From an uncultured Rickettsiales bacterium (GTDB lineage: Bacteria > Pseudomonadota > Alphaproteobacteria > Rickettsiales > JABCZZ01): DNA of 64,000 nucleotides. Below are positions 45,165 to 54,834 of this stretch, one piece after another. The DNA is taken from contig CAYVTI010000009.1 in NCBI GenBank assembly GCA_964454545.1, positions 2,830-66,829 of the forward strand, read 5' to 3'. The notes beneath the pieces were generated by a model. It ran no database searches. It was given only the letters and a program-made list of their open reading frames with translations, and had not been told where the DNA came from. Position 1 is the stretch's first letter, and each line of letters begins with the position of its first letter. Made by a program: the position numbers and the translations under genes.

Positions 45165-46052
45165 ATGGCATTTCATTTGAAAGCGAGTGAAAAAGTACGT
45201 AATGGCGTAAAACGCATTATCCTGCGCCAGATGGATGATGTTCTGGCCATTTTGCGTGAGGTCAGTCCCCAGGACAGCAGTGCGGTGCATGACATCCGGG
45301 TGCATCTTAAGAAGATACGCGCATGCCTGCGCCTGTCACTCAGCGTTCTGAGCACACAGGAATATGATAAGTGGAATATCTATTTCCGCGATGCCGGGCA
45401 CCCCCTGACCAAGGTGCGTGACGCAGAGGTTCTTATAGAGACCCTGGATAAGCTTGGCGTCAGCAACGTTCCTGATATACGCAAAGCGCTGCTCGCACGT
45501 TATGAAAGCATACACCATCATATACTGCAGGAAGAACAGACTTTTAAGGCGCTTTCCCGGAACCTTGAAGAGGCTCGCGTTTCCTTCAAGGATTTACCAG
45601 CAAAGCGAAAGCCTGGCAAAAAAATACTACGCAACGAATTATATCGCAGCTACCGGAGAAACCGGGATGGCTTTCAGGAAGCGAGGCGACATCCTACTGC
45701 GGAGAAGCTGCACGAATGGCGCAAGCAGGCCAAATATTTATGGTATCAGCTGCTCATTCTGGAACGGGCATTTCCTCACAAAGTGAAAGCATGGGACAAC
45801 CGCCTCCACAAGCTGACACAAACTCTGGGAAATGACCACGACCTGATTGTCCTTCGTAAAGCCCTTACTGACCATCCTGATACATTTGAGGGTAATAATA
45901 TAGATGCATTATTGACTTCGATCAGTGAGAACCGCAGAAAATTGCGGAATACGGCTTTCAAGCTGGGTGATCGCCTTTATCACGATAAGCCTCGTGCCTT
46001 CGCAGACAAGATTGAGAAGCATTGGGAAAAATGGTCAAAGTCCGGTAAGTAA
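45165..46052 (+). CDS. CHAD domain protein
   Basis: 295 aa. VHDIRVHLKKIRACLRL and LHEWRKQAKYLWYQL repeats of the conserved-histidine alpha-helical CHAD pattern. Confidence 0.8.
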   Translation: MAFHLKASEKVRNGVKRIILRQMDDVLAILREVSPQDSSAVHDIRVHLKKIRACLRLSLSVLSTQEYDKWNIYFRDAGHPLTKVRDAEVLIETLDKLGVSNVPDIRKALLARYESIHHHILQEEQTFKALSRNLEEARVSFKDLPAKRKPGKKILRNELYRSYRRNRDGFQEARRHPTAEKLHEWRKQAKYLWYQLLILERAFPHKVKAWDNRLHKLTQTLGNDHDLIVLRKALTDHPDTFEGNNIDALLTSISENRRKLRNTAFKLGDRLYHDKPRAFADKIEKHWEKWSKSGK

Positions 46053-46329
46053 TATTTTTCATGCCTAAATCTCTCCGGGTTCCCGTTGCTTGCGGCGGGG
46101 GTTTTGGCGGGGGTTTTATTTATATATTATCTTCAGCAACCTGGGCATTGAAAGGAGTACTTTCTTTCTTCAGGCGGAGCCGGGCAACCTTAAGCAAGGC
46201 ATGTGGCCTCTATGATACAGAGAACGCTCATCCCGCATATGAGAGAAACTATAAATATTGCTCTTGACACTTTGATACGCTAAATGTTTTGTGATCTAAT
46301 AGATTGTCAGCAAAGTATCGGGGTGTCAG

Positions 46330-47301
46330 ATGGGATTATGGAACAGGTGCGACCGGGCCGAATCTGCCGCAAAGTCGGAGGCGCTTAACAGATCTCTGGC
46401 GATCGCTGAATTTGCTGCAGACGGCAAGTTAATCGCCGTCAATAAAATTTTCCTTGCAGCTACAGGCTATGACATCAATGAAATAAATGGCAAGCATCAC
46501 AGTATATTCGTCGATGCCGCCTACGCGGACAGCAATGAATACAGAGAGTTCTGGAACAGGCTCGGCCGCGGGGAATACCAGGCCGGAAGATATAAGCGCC
46601 AGGGCAAGGACGGCAAGGAAATCTGGGTGCAGGCTTCCTATAATCCGGTCATGGATAAAAAAGGCAGATTAGTAAAAGTCATAACCTACGCTACTGATAT
46701 AACGGAACTGGTGAATTCCCGTGCGGAAGTCTCCGGCCTCATCAAAGAATCATCGGAAAATATCAAGAACGTATCGGCAGCCGCGGAAGGAATGTCCGCT
46801 TCGATCAATGAAATTAACCGGAACATGAATCTGTCCAAGACCGCCGTGGACGATATTGTCGCAAAAATAAATTTTGCCGAAGAAGCGAGCAGGCAGTTGC
46901 TGAAAACTTCCAAATCGATGGAGGGGATTGTTGAATTTATCAGAGACATCGCGGAGCAGGTCAACCTTCTTGCCTTGAATGCCACAATAGAAGCGGCGCG
47001 CGCCGGAGAAGCGGGCAAGGGATTTGCGGTCGTTGCATCGGAAGTCAAAAGTCTCGCCAACCAGACAGGGGCGGCTACCGATAATATTTCCAAGGAAATT
47101 GCCGAAATGCAGAACATATCGACCAAGGTGGCTTCCAGCGTGGGAGAGGCGGTAAAGACTGCTGATCTGGTAAGCGAATATGTCAGCAGCGTCGCAGCCG
47201 CGCTTGAGGAGCAAAGTATCGTAACCAAGGATATTTCAGGCAATACGCATAAATCGCTGGATCTTATTGGCCATATCAACCGTTGCCTGAGCAAGGTATA
47301 A
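46330..47301 (+). CDS. soluble PAS-domain methyl-accepting chemotaxis protein
   Basis: 323 aa, no TM segments. PAS ([22 protein letters not shown]...[13 protein letters not shown]) plus MCP hairpin tip [35 protein letters not shown]. Confidence 0.85.
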   Translation: MGLWNRCDRAESAAKSEALNRSLAIAEFAADGKLIAVNKIFLAATGYDINEINGKHHSIFVDAAYADSNEYREFWNRLGRGEYQAGRYKRQGKDGKEIWVQASYNPVMDKKGRLVKVITYATDITELVNSRAEVSGLIKESSENIKNVSAAAEGMSASINEINRNMNLSKTAVDDIVAKINFAEEASRQLLKTSKSMEGIVEFIRDIAEQVNLLALNATIEAARAGEAGKGFAVVASEVKSLANQTGAATDNISKEIAEMQNISTKVASSVGEAVKTADLVSEYVSSVAAALEEQSIVTKDISGNTHKSLDLIGHINRCLSKV

Positions 47302-47314
47302 CGGTCTGGCATTT

Positions 47315-48136
47315 TTATTTTCTTAGAGAATCTTCTAAAATATACAGTCCGTGCTCGTCTTTGACGTACTGGTCGATCATGCCTGTGATATTTTCCGTGC
47401 TGCCAACCAGCAATACACCACCCGGATTCATCATGGAGCCAATCTTGTGCAAGGTATCGCGCTTGGTAGGTTCATCAAAATAAATAAGGACATTCCGGCA
47501 CAGAATGATGTCGAATTTCCCGGGGAGGTTTATATTCCTGATAAGATTCTGTTGCCTGAATTCAACCATGTTGCGCAGCTTCTCCTCAATCTGCCAGTTT
47601 CCATCCGGCAATTGCGTAAAATACTTGTGGAGGAACCGTTTAGGCATTCCCCTTTGCACTTCAAAGGGCGAATAAATGCCCTGTTTCGCCTTTTCAAGCA
47701 CGCGTGCGGATATATCCGTCGCTATAATCTCAAAATCAAATTCCGGCATTACTTGCGTCTCCTCACGCAGGCATATGGCGACCGAATAAGGCTCCTGTCC
47801 TGTCGAACAGGCGGAACTCCATATGCGAATCCGGCCTCCATCCGGACGCGCATGCTTCAGGCGCGGCAATATGATCCTTCTGAGGTGCTCGAACGGTTTC
47901 CTGTCACGGAAAAACATCGACTCGTTCGTCGTCATGGCGTCAATGGTTTCCGTGACAAGCTTTTCATCGGGCTTTGCCTGCATGTTCCTGATGAACCCGG
48001 AGAGATCCTTAAAACCGAATTTCTTCGCCAGCGGTAACAGGCGGCTCTCCAGCAGATATATCTTATCGCGCGTAATCACCTGGCCAGAACCATTCTTCAG
48101 GATACTGCTGATAAAATCTAATTCATCTTTTCTCAT
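47315..48136 (-). CDS. cheR: chemotaxis protein methyltransferase
   Basis: 273 aa. TNESMFFRD, IWSSACSTGQEPYS, DIILCRNVLIYF motifs. Confidence 0.9.
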   Translation of the reverse strand: MRKDELDFISSILKNGSGQVITRDKIYLLESRLLPLAKKFGFKDLSGFIRNMQAKPDEKLVTETIDAMTTNESMFFRDRKPFEHLRRIILPRLKHARPDGGRIRIWSSACSTGQEPYSVAICLREETQVMPEFDFEIIATDISARVLEKAKQGIYSPFEVQRGMPKRFLHKYFTQLPDGNWQIEEKLRNMVEFRQQNLIRNINLPGKFDIILCRNVLIYFDEPTKRDTLHKIGSMMNPGGVLLVGSTENITGMIDQYVKDEHGLYILEDSLRK

Positions 48137-49205
48137 CGCTCGACCTGATCATGTAAGAGGCTATTTCCTCTATGGGCAACACTGCGCTGCATAATTTATT
48201 GTCCACAACCGCCTGCGGCATTCCCCATACCACGGACGTCTGCGCATCCTGCACGATGACCGTACCCCCGGCTTTCACGACGGCGCGTGCGCCCGCGACG
48301 CCATCGCTTCCCATCCCGGTAAGGATGGCCGCCAGCAGATGCCTGCCATATATATCCGCAAGCGCCTCCAGCATGGTATCGATGGAAGGGCGGCAGAAAT
48401 TCACCGGCGCTTCCTGATTAAGGCGTATAACCACCCTGTCCGCGTTCTTTTCCGGAACCATATGGTAATTACCCGGGGCCAGGTAAACGGCGCCCGGGCG
48501 GACAGTATCCCCATCCCTGCCCTCCAGGCACGGGTGACTGGAATACTGCCCTATATGCTGCGCCAGAACAGTGGTGAAAGCAGGCGGCATGTGCTGGGCG
48601 ACAAACAGCGGCACATGGGGGAAATTCGTGCTCAGGCCCTGAAACAAGGTCCTTAGCGCTCCGGGGCCACCCGTGGAACATCCTACAGCTATTGCCTTGA
48701 CGGGGCTGGAAGGATAGGTGGTGCCAATTGCAGGCTTTTGCACAGCCGCTGTGCTGCTATTTCCGGTAAATGCCTCATGAGGGCGAAAATTCCTTGCCCC
48801 CAGCATCCTGATTTTGCTGATTAGTTCACTGTAGAATTGCCTGACCTCCTCACCGTCATTACGCGAACTTGGCTTTGTTACGTAATCCGATGCACCAAGC
48901 TCCAATGCGCGCAGAGTCACCTCCGCATTCCGCACGGTAAGCATGGATACCATAATAATGCGTGATTTCGGCGACAATCTGATGAGCTGCGGCAGCGCCG
49001 TAATTCCGTCCATTCCCGGCATTTCGACATCGAGCAATATGATATCCGGCTTGATATGGCTTAGCTGATGAATGGCAGCGGTCCCATTAAATACTGAGCC
49101 AATCACTTCTATATCCTTCGCCTCTTCCAGTCCACGCGACAGAAGTCCGCGGACGATGGCCGAGTCGTCGACAATCATGACTCGTATCTTCGTATCGGAT
49201 GTCAT
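48123..49205 (-). CDS. cheB: protein-glutamate methylesterase/glutaminase with N-terminal receiver domain
   Basis: 360 aa. REC (VMIVDDS...DIILLDVEMPGMDG) plus methylesterase (GCSTGGP, HMPPAFT, LTGMGSDG). Confidence 0.9.
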   Translation of the reverse strand: MTSDTKIRVMIVDDSAIVRGLLSRGLEEAKDIEVIGSVFNGTAAIHQLSHIKPDIILLDVEMPGMDGITALPQLIRLSPKSRIIMVSMLTVRNAEVTLRALELGASDYVTKPSSRNDGEEVRQFYSELISKIRMLGARNFRPHEAFTGNSSTAAVQKPAIGTTYPSSPVKAIAVGCSTGGPGALRTLFQGLSTNFPHVPLFVAQHMPPAFTTVLAQHIGQYSSHPCLEGRDGDTVRPGAVYLAPGNYHMVPEKNADRVVIRLNQEAPVNFCRPSIDTMLEALADIYGRHLLAAILTGMGSDGVAGARAVVKAGGTVIVQDAQTSVVWGMPQAVVDNKLCSAVLPIEEIASYMIRSSDEKR

Positions 49206-49221
49206 GCAGGCTGCCCAGTAT

Positions 49222-49851
49222 TTAAGAGTTAGATATATCCTTGAATAAGGCGTCGATGTCTTGCTGCGAAGGCGCGTTGCTCGGCAACTGCGGCCCGTTC
49301 AGCAATGTATTGCCTTCGCGCGTGTCCCTGAATTCCCCGGCATTTGCGGAACCGTTGTTGGAGAAGAACCGGGTAAGGTAATTAATTTTCGATTCTACAA
49401 ATTCAAGTTCGCGCATTACTTTTATGATGCGCTGGCCGGTGAGATCCTGAAAATTACAAGCTTCATACAAACGCGTAGTCACATCCACAATCTTATCCTT
49501 CGTTTCCTGGGACGCGTTGGAATTCTGGATGATCTTCTGTATTTCGTCCGCAGCATCCATGATGGTACCAGCCGCTTCTTCCGTCGCTTTTATCACCGCC
49601 TCGAGCTGGGTGATGTTCTGGTTCGCCATCTCTTCGGGCACAAGCGATATGAATTCTTTTTTGGTGGTTTCTATGTGGTTCGCTATCTTGACGATTTCAT
49701 TCTGCAGGAGCACGTTGAATTCCGACTGACCGCCACCGAGGTATTTGCTGACTTCCTCCAGGATGCCGCTTATATCGTACAGCGTGATGGAGTCTCCTTT
49801 CTTACGCAAGGACTCAAGCCGCAGCGCCAATATATTATATATTTCCTGCAT
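49222..49851 (-). CDS. cheZ: CheZ-like CheY-P phosphatase
   Basis: 209 aa helical protein. EACNFQDLTGQRIIKV matches the E. coli CheZ catalytic block (D143/Q147 in FQDLTGQVIKR). C-terminal QQDIDALF looks like a CheY-binding peptide. Confidence 0.75.
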   Translation of the reverse strand: MQEIYNILALRLESLRKKGDSITLYDISGILEEVSKYLGGGQSEFNVLLQNEIVKIANHIETTKKEFISLVPEEMANQNITQLEAVIKATEEAAGTIMDAADEIQKIIQNSNASQETKDKIVDVTTRLYEACNFQDLTGQRIIKVMRELEFVESKINYLTRFFSNNGSANAGEFRDTREGNTLLNGPQLPSNAPSQQDIDALFKDISNS

Positions 49852-49863
49852 CTTATACTATAC

Positions 49864-50265
49864 TCATGAGGTTATAGCCGTTCCCAGAACGCTGACAATC
49901 TTGCTCTTCAGCGTTTCCGCGCTGAAAGGCTTTACGATATAATTATTAACCCCGGCCTGTTTGGCGGCGATGATGTTCTCCTCCTTGCTTTCGGCGGTAA
50001 CCATGATGAACGGGGTAGTCTTTAGCTTCTCGTCAGCGCGTATGTGCTTCAGCAGTTCCAGGCCGGTCATCGGCTTCATGTTCCAGTCGGATATGATGAG
50101 GGAAAATGATTTTTCCTGCATCTTTGCAATCGCACCCTGCCCGTCCGTCGCTTCCTCGACATTGAGGAAGCCATTCTGGCTGAGCAGGTTCCTGACGATG
50201 CGAAGCATCGTTTTATTATCATCTACAATCAGTATCGGAATATTCCTGTTATTATGAATGACCAT
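49864..50265 (-). CDS. cheY: chemotaxis response regulator CheY
   Basis: 133 aa single REC domain. ILIVDD, SDWNMKPMTG, NNYIVKPF. Confidence 0.9.
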   Translation of the reverse strand: MVIHNNRNIPILIVDDNKTMLRIVRNLLSQNGFLNVEEATDGQGAIAKMQEKSFSLIISDWNMKPMTGLELLKHIRADEKLKTTPFIMVTAESKEENIIAAKQAGVNNYIVKPFSAETLKSKIVSVLGTAITS

Positions 50266-50344
50266 AAAGCGCTCTTTATATTACATGAGTACACACAACA
50301 TTATTACACACGCATATTAATACTTGGTTAACGCTCCGCCCCGA

Positions 50345-50821
50345 TTAAAAAGCGAGGAGTTTATTTATATTTACTATTATCATAAGCTTGCCATCCAGCT
50401 TGTAGATTCCGGACGATATATTTCTCCAATGAGCGGAAAGATTGTTAGGAGGCCTCTCCATCTCGCCGGATGGAAGCTTTATCACTCCTCCCACGGAATC
50501 AACGACCAGACTGAGCAACTCGCCTTTATGTTCAACAATCACGCTCATGACTTTACTGCAGTCCCTGGCGTCACGGGGCGGCAACCCAAGGCATTCACGG
50601 ACATCCACCGCCGCGATAATACGCCCGCGCAAATTAAGAAGGCCTATAACCTGCTTGGGGGCCAAAGGAACATGGGCAGTTTTAAGCCCCCGCAGCACAT
50701 CATGGATGATAGCGACCGGAATGCCAAACATCTGGTCCCCCACCTGGACGCTGACATATTCCTCGTTCCCGGCCTGTATATGAGACTTTGCCTGTCCTGC
50801 TTGCTGAGCGCCTGGAATCAT
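50345..50821 (-). CDS. cheW: chemotaxis coupling protein CheW
   Basis: CheW fold blocks FGIPV..I..V, GLLNLRGRII. The Met at 50819-50821 forms an ATGA overlap with the cheA stop. The ORF opens at 50851. Confidence 0.9.
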   Translation of the reverse strand: MIPGAQQAGQAKSHIQAGNEEYVSVQVGDQMFGIPVAIIHDVLRGLKTAHVPLAPKQVIGLLNLRGRIIAAVDVRECLGLPPRDARDCSKVMSVIVEHKGELLSLVVDSVGGVIKLPSGEMERPPNNLSAHWRNISSGIYKLDGKLMIIVNINKLLAF

Positions 50822-53442
50822 ACTCCGCCCTCCTTCTCTTCCTTGAAGCAAGCGGCGATCGATTTAAGCAAAGCAGCGCGATCGGTTTTCAATATCATAT
50901 CCCTGAAACCTGACTTCCTGCTTTTTTCTATAGCCTGCTCATTCTTATTGGAGGTGAACGCGAACAGGGGGATATGCGAAAACCTTGGGTCATTCCGGCA
51001 TAGCTCGGCCAGCGCATACCCGTCTATCCCCGGCATTTCTATGTCGCTTACGATCACATCGAAGTCGGACTTGTTTTCAAGCGCCTGAACCGCTTCCTTT
51101 ACATTATTCACGGCGGTCACTTTATAGCCTACGGAGATCAGCAGCGGCACGGTAAGGCCACGGAAGAACATGCTGTCTTCTACCAGTAGTAATTCATATT
51201 TCCTATCCGACTTTGCGAATGCGCCTTCAACATCGCTTATTCCCACTATGTCGCGCAACATATAAGCGACATCCACGATATCGGTCGTTTTCCCGTCTAT
51301 TATTGTGCTTCCGAACAACCCCTTTTCAACAGACGATGATTTTACATCGTACGGCACCCTGACCACGTCCAAAATCCGGTCAATTACGATACCGAGATTC
51401 CTGTTATCATAGGTAAATACTATAACATATCTAAGGCCTTCCTTCGGCAGCTCCTCATCCCCCAGGGTGCGCAGGCTCATCAGGCTGCCTTTGTATTGCA
51501 CCACCGGACGCTTTCCGGCAGCGATCTCGACTTTGGCCATGTCGATTTTCTCAAGACGGGAAATCAGCTCAAGCGGCACCGCTTTAGGAGCCCCCTTCTG
51601 GCTTTTAAACAGCAGGTAACTTACGAGCGCGCCGCCAGCGGAATCATCTTTAAACGCTGCCGACGTGTCCAGCGTGCTGGAAATATCCTCTGCACCCGTA
51701 GCGCGCGCCAGACCGTTCGGATCCAGAATCATAATAATGTTTCCGTCACCCAATATGGCATTGCCGGAATAGAGCGTTATGGATTTTAAAAGCTCCGAAT
51801 TGGGTTTTATGACGATTTCCTCAATATCGAAGACATGTTCCACCGCAATGCCAAAACTGTAGCCGCCTACTTTGCATATCACGACAAACTCCGTGTTGCC
51901 TTTCTTGCCGTTCATCGACATGCCAAGGATTTCGGCCAGCGATATGACCGGCAGCAATTTCCCGCGCAGGCGCAGAACCGATGCGTTCTCGACATGTTCT
52001 ATGACATGCCCGGAGCCCTCACCCACGCGCACCAGCTCCTGTACATTAATCTGCGGCAATGCAAAACGCTCCCCGCAAGTCTCCACTATGAGCACGGAAA
52101 CAATGGCAAGGGTAAGCGGTATCTTGATATTGAACTTTGAACCTTTCCCGAAAATCGAAGTCAGTTCCAGCGTGCCCCCGATTTTTTCTATATTGTAGCG
52201 CACCACGTCCATGCCGATGCCGCGTCCGGAAATGCTGGTGACTTTCTCAGCGGTCGAGAAGCCTGGCAGGAATATGAACTGGACTATCTGCTGGCCGGTC
52301 AGTTTGGCCATCTGCTCTTCCGTAGCCAGCCCGTTTTTCAAAGCCCGCTGTTTTATCTTCTCTATATTTATGCCGCGGCCATCGTCGGACAGTTCTATGA
52401 TGATATGCCCGCCTTCATGAAAGGCGGATAAGGTGATGGTACCCGCTTCAGGTTTTCCGGCCGCCACTCTTTCTTCCGGCGACTCGAGCCCGTGGTCGCA
52501 GGAATTCCTCACCATGTGGATGAGGGGGTCTTTTATCGCTTCCAGCAGCTGGCGATCGAGCTCCGTCTCCGCGCCTATCATGCGTAAATCAATTTTCTTT
52601 TCCAGCTCATGCGACAGATCCCGTATCAGGCGGGGAAATTTTGACCAGGCATTGCTTATAGGCTGCATGCGCGTTTTCATTATGCCTTCCTGCAGATCCG
52701 AAGCGATCTGGCTCAGTTTCTGCAAGCGGAACGAAAGCACCCGATCGGAGCGCGTTTTTATAATTTGCGATAACTGATTGCGTGTGAGGACCAGTTCGCC
52801 CACCAGCTGCATCAGGTTTTCCAGCACATCGAGATTGACGCGTATGGACTGCGCCTGCGCACTTCCCTGAGCACTGTGTTCATTTGCTTCCTCAGCATGC
52901 GTGGAAGTGTTATTTTTGTCCTGAGATGCATCAGCGTCATGCTCCGGCATCTTCTGCGCAGCCGGTGTTTCTGATGCAGCAGGAATATTATCAGTTTCTT
53001 CCGGCTGGCTGGACAGCGTTCCCTTATTTTGATCTCCCGCGCCTCTCAACGTATTAAGCCGGCTAATTAGCTCCGAATCGTCTCCCGTTTGTTCTTTCCC
53101 ATGCAGTTTCAGATATTCCACAATGGATTTGATAGTGTCCAGCGACTCAAGCACCCCGGATATGACCTCCGGAGATACCGGAATAGCATTATCGCGAATC
53201 TCTCCCAGTATGCTCTCAGATGCGTGGGCAATCGTTTCCAGCCGCGAGAGTCCCAGAAAGCCGCAGGTGCCCTTAATAGTATGGACAAGGCGGAATATGT
53301 TGCCAAGAGCTTCCGAATCCGACGGCTCTTTCTCGAACCTCACCAGTTCGGTATCAAGCGTCGCAAGGCTTTCCGCCGTCTCCGTAATAAATTCGCTGAT
53401 CAGATCATCCATATTGACTTTGGCCCTGGGAATTTCAGACAA
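50818..53442 (-). CDS. cheA: chemotaxis histidine kinase CheA with C-terminal receiver domain
   Basis: 874 aa. Hpt (FRLVHTIKGTCGFLG), dimerisation and HATPase blocks (HMVRNSCDHG, DDGRGI, GRGIGMDVV), CheW-like domain, then REC (LLLVEDS...VIVSDIEMPGIDG). The start may be the Met at 53412 (MDDLISEF). Confidence 0.9.
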   Translation of the reverse strand: MSEIPRAKVNMDDLISEFITETAESLATLDTELVRFEKEPSDSEALGNIFRLVHTIKGTCGFLGLSRLETIAHASESILGEIRDNAIPVSPEVISGVLESLDTIKSIVEYLKLHGKEQTGDDSELISRLNTLRGAGDQNKGTLSSQPEETDNIPAASETPAAQKMPEHDADASQDKNNTSTHAEEANEHSAQGSAQAQSIRVNLDVLENLMQLVGELVLTRNQLSQIIKTRSDRVLSFRLQKLSQIASDLQEGIMKTRMQPISNAWSKFPRLIRDLSHELEKKIDLRMIGAETELDRQLLEAIKDPLIHMVRNSCDHGLESPEERVAAGKPEAGTITLSAFHEGGHIIIELSDDGRGINIEKIKQRALKNGLATEEQMAKLTGQQIVQFIFLPGFSTAEKVTSISGRGIGMDVVRYNIEKIGGTLELTSIFGKGSKFNIKIPLTLAIVSVLIVETCGERFALPQINVQELVRVGEGSGHVIEHVENASVLRLRGKLLPVISLAEILGMSMNGKKGNTEFVVICKVGGYSFGIAVEHVFDIEEIVIKPNSELLKSITLYSGNAILGDGNIIMILDPNGLARATGAEDISSTLDTSAAFKDDSAGGALVSYLLFKSQKGAPKAVPLELISRLEKIDMAKVEIAAGKRPVVQYKGSLMSLRTLGDEELPKEGLRYVIVFTYDNRNLGIVIDRILDVVRVPYDVKSSSVEKGLFGSTIIDGKTTDIVDVAYMLRDIVGISDVEGAFAKSDRKYELLLVEDSMFFRGLTVPLLISVGYKVTAVNNVKEAVQALENKSDFDVIVSDIEMPGIDGYALAELCRNDPRFSHIPLFAFTSNKNEQAIEKSRKSGFRDMILKTDRAALLKSIAACFKEEKEGGV

Positions 53443-53468
53443 TATGGTTCATTTATACCACCCAAAAG

Positions 53469-53483
53469 TTAAAATCAGGTTAA
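53469..53483. promoter_or_regulatory. CtrA-type box TTAA-N7-TTAA upstream of cheA
   Basis: TTAAAATCAGGTTAA, 27 nt upstream of the first cheA ATG. Confidence 0.4.
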
Positions 53484-53663
53484 GGCCAAATATTTAAAAT
53501 ATATTAATAATAGCAATAGGTTGCTTATGCCTATGCATTAGATCAAGTGCCAGAACAATACATTACAATGTGCTTCAGGGAATAAGCATGGGCAGCGCGA
53601 CAACAGTAAGAAAGAGCTTGGATTTTGCCTAACTGAACGTAATATAAAAATACAGCTATCACT

Positions 53664-54008
53664 ATGAACCAAGACACTATAAAAACACTCCTTGCTAAAA
53701 TAGCATTCAACGCCGAAGGGCTGGTGCCGGTCGTCGCCCAGAATTATGACAATGATGAAGTGCTGATGATGGCATGGATGAACAAAGAAGCCTTCACCCT
53801 GACGATGCAGACCGGGCGGATGACCTACTGGTCGCGTTCGCGTAGCAAGCTCTGGTGCAAAGGTGAAACTTCGGGAAACAAGCAGATACTCAAGGAAATA
53901 TGGGTGGACTGCGACGGTGACACGCTGCTTGCCAAGGTGGAACAGACCGGCCCTGCCTGCCACACCGGCGCGCCCAATTGCTTTTTTACCAGGCTGGAGT
54001 TGTTATAA
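53664..54008 (+). CDS. hisI: phosphoribosyl-AMP cyclohydrolase
   Basis: 114 aa. GLVPVVAQ, MMAWMN.EA, YWSRSR..LW.KGETSGN.Q, DCDGDTLL, CHTG motifs. Monofunctional (no HisE part). Confidence 0.9.
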   Translation: MNQDTIKTLLAKIAFNAEGLVPVVAQNYDNDEVLMMAWMNKEAFTLTMQTGRMTYWSRSRSKLWCKGETSGNKQILKEIWVDCDGDTLLAKVEQTGPACHTGAPNCFFTRLELL

Positions 54009-54193
54009 AACGTAAATAGGAGACCGGATTGTCTACAATGAATACTCTCCAAACGATATGGAATGCGTTTGGCAAAACGTAAAACATAGTCCTCTAAAAT
54101 TCATACAGGGCAACCGATTGCTTTTATGTAAGTTTTCCTCGACAAATCCTTTAATATAACCTATACTGGCTAAGTTAGCTAAGTGAGGTCAGA

Positions 54194-54442
54194 ATGATAG
54201 TAAATATGCATGAAGCGAAGACCCATCTCTCCAAATATGTAGAAAAAGCCCTTGCGGGTGAGGAAATTATCCTTGCGCGCGCCAATGAGCCGTTGGTTAC
54301 CTTGGTACCCTTAGCAACGCACGGCGATAGATACAACAATGTTATATTCGGCGTTATGGAAGGAAGCTTTACTATTCCCGAGAATTTTGACGCCCCATTG
54401 CCGGAAGATGTGCTTGCGGAATTTTATAAGGATAAACCGTGA
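54194..54442 (+). CDS. type II antitoxin, Phd/YefM family
   Basis: 82 aa. MHEAKTHLSKYVEKALAGEEIILARANEPLV pattern. GTGA overlap with the downstream PIN gene. Confidence 0.85.
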   Translation: MIVNMHEAKTHLSKYVEKALAGEEIILARANEPLVTLVPLATHGDRYNNVIFGVMEGSFTIPENFDAPLPEDVLAEFYKDKP

Positions 54443-54822
54443 ATCTCTTGTTGGATACTCGCATACTATTATGGCTCCTGGTAAAACCTGCAAAACTTCC
54501 AGAAAAAGCCGCACAGGCGATAAAACAGGCACATAGCGTATTTTTCAGCCCGGTCAATTTCTGGGAAATTGGCGTGAAGGCATCTCTCTATCCGCACGGC
54601 ATAGCCCGCGTGGAAGATATTCATGCAGGCGCGCTCAGGGCGAATTTACGCGAACTTCCGGTACTCTCGGCGGACACTATGCTATCCACAAGAATGCCCT
54701 TGCTCCATCGCGATCCCATCGACCGGATTCTGATGGCACAATCCGATAATAACATGTGCCATCTTTTAACAGTGGATAAACAGATTGCGGCGTATAATAT
54801 GCCTTACGTGATTACCGTATAG
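54439..54822 (+). CDS. vapC: type II toxin, PIN domain ribonuclease (VapC-like)
   Basis: 127 aa. LLLDT (first acidic residue), FSPVNFWEI, HRDPIDRIL (conserved DP.DR block). GTG start. Confidence 0.85.
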   Translation: MNLLLDTRILLWLLVKPAKLPEKAAQAIKQAHSVFFSPVNFWEIGVKASLYPHGIARVEDIHAGALRANLRELPVLSADTMLSTRMPLLHRDPIDRILMAQSDNNMCHLLTVDKQIAAYNMPYVITV

Positions 54823-54834
54823 AAAAGCATAATT

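Noticed and set aside
46094-46117. Tandem 12-nt duplication GGCGGGGGTTTT x2 downstream of the CHAD gene (telomere-like G/T tracts; possible G-quadruplex)
   Set aside because: There are only two units and too few G-tracts for a four-tract quadruplex, and no flanking structure. It is probably a slippage duplication. The overlapping 68-aa ORF (46061-46267) has no support.
50324-51088. 254-aa plus-strand ORF across the cheW/cheA junction
   Set aside because: It is antisense to two well-supported che genes and has no recognisable motifs. Shadow ORF.
53538-53963. 141-aa minus-strand ORF overlapping hisI
   Set aside because: hisI on the plus strand has all signature motifs, and the antisense translation has none.
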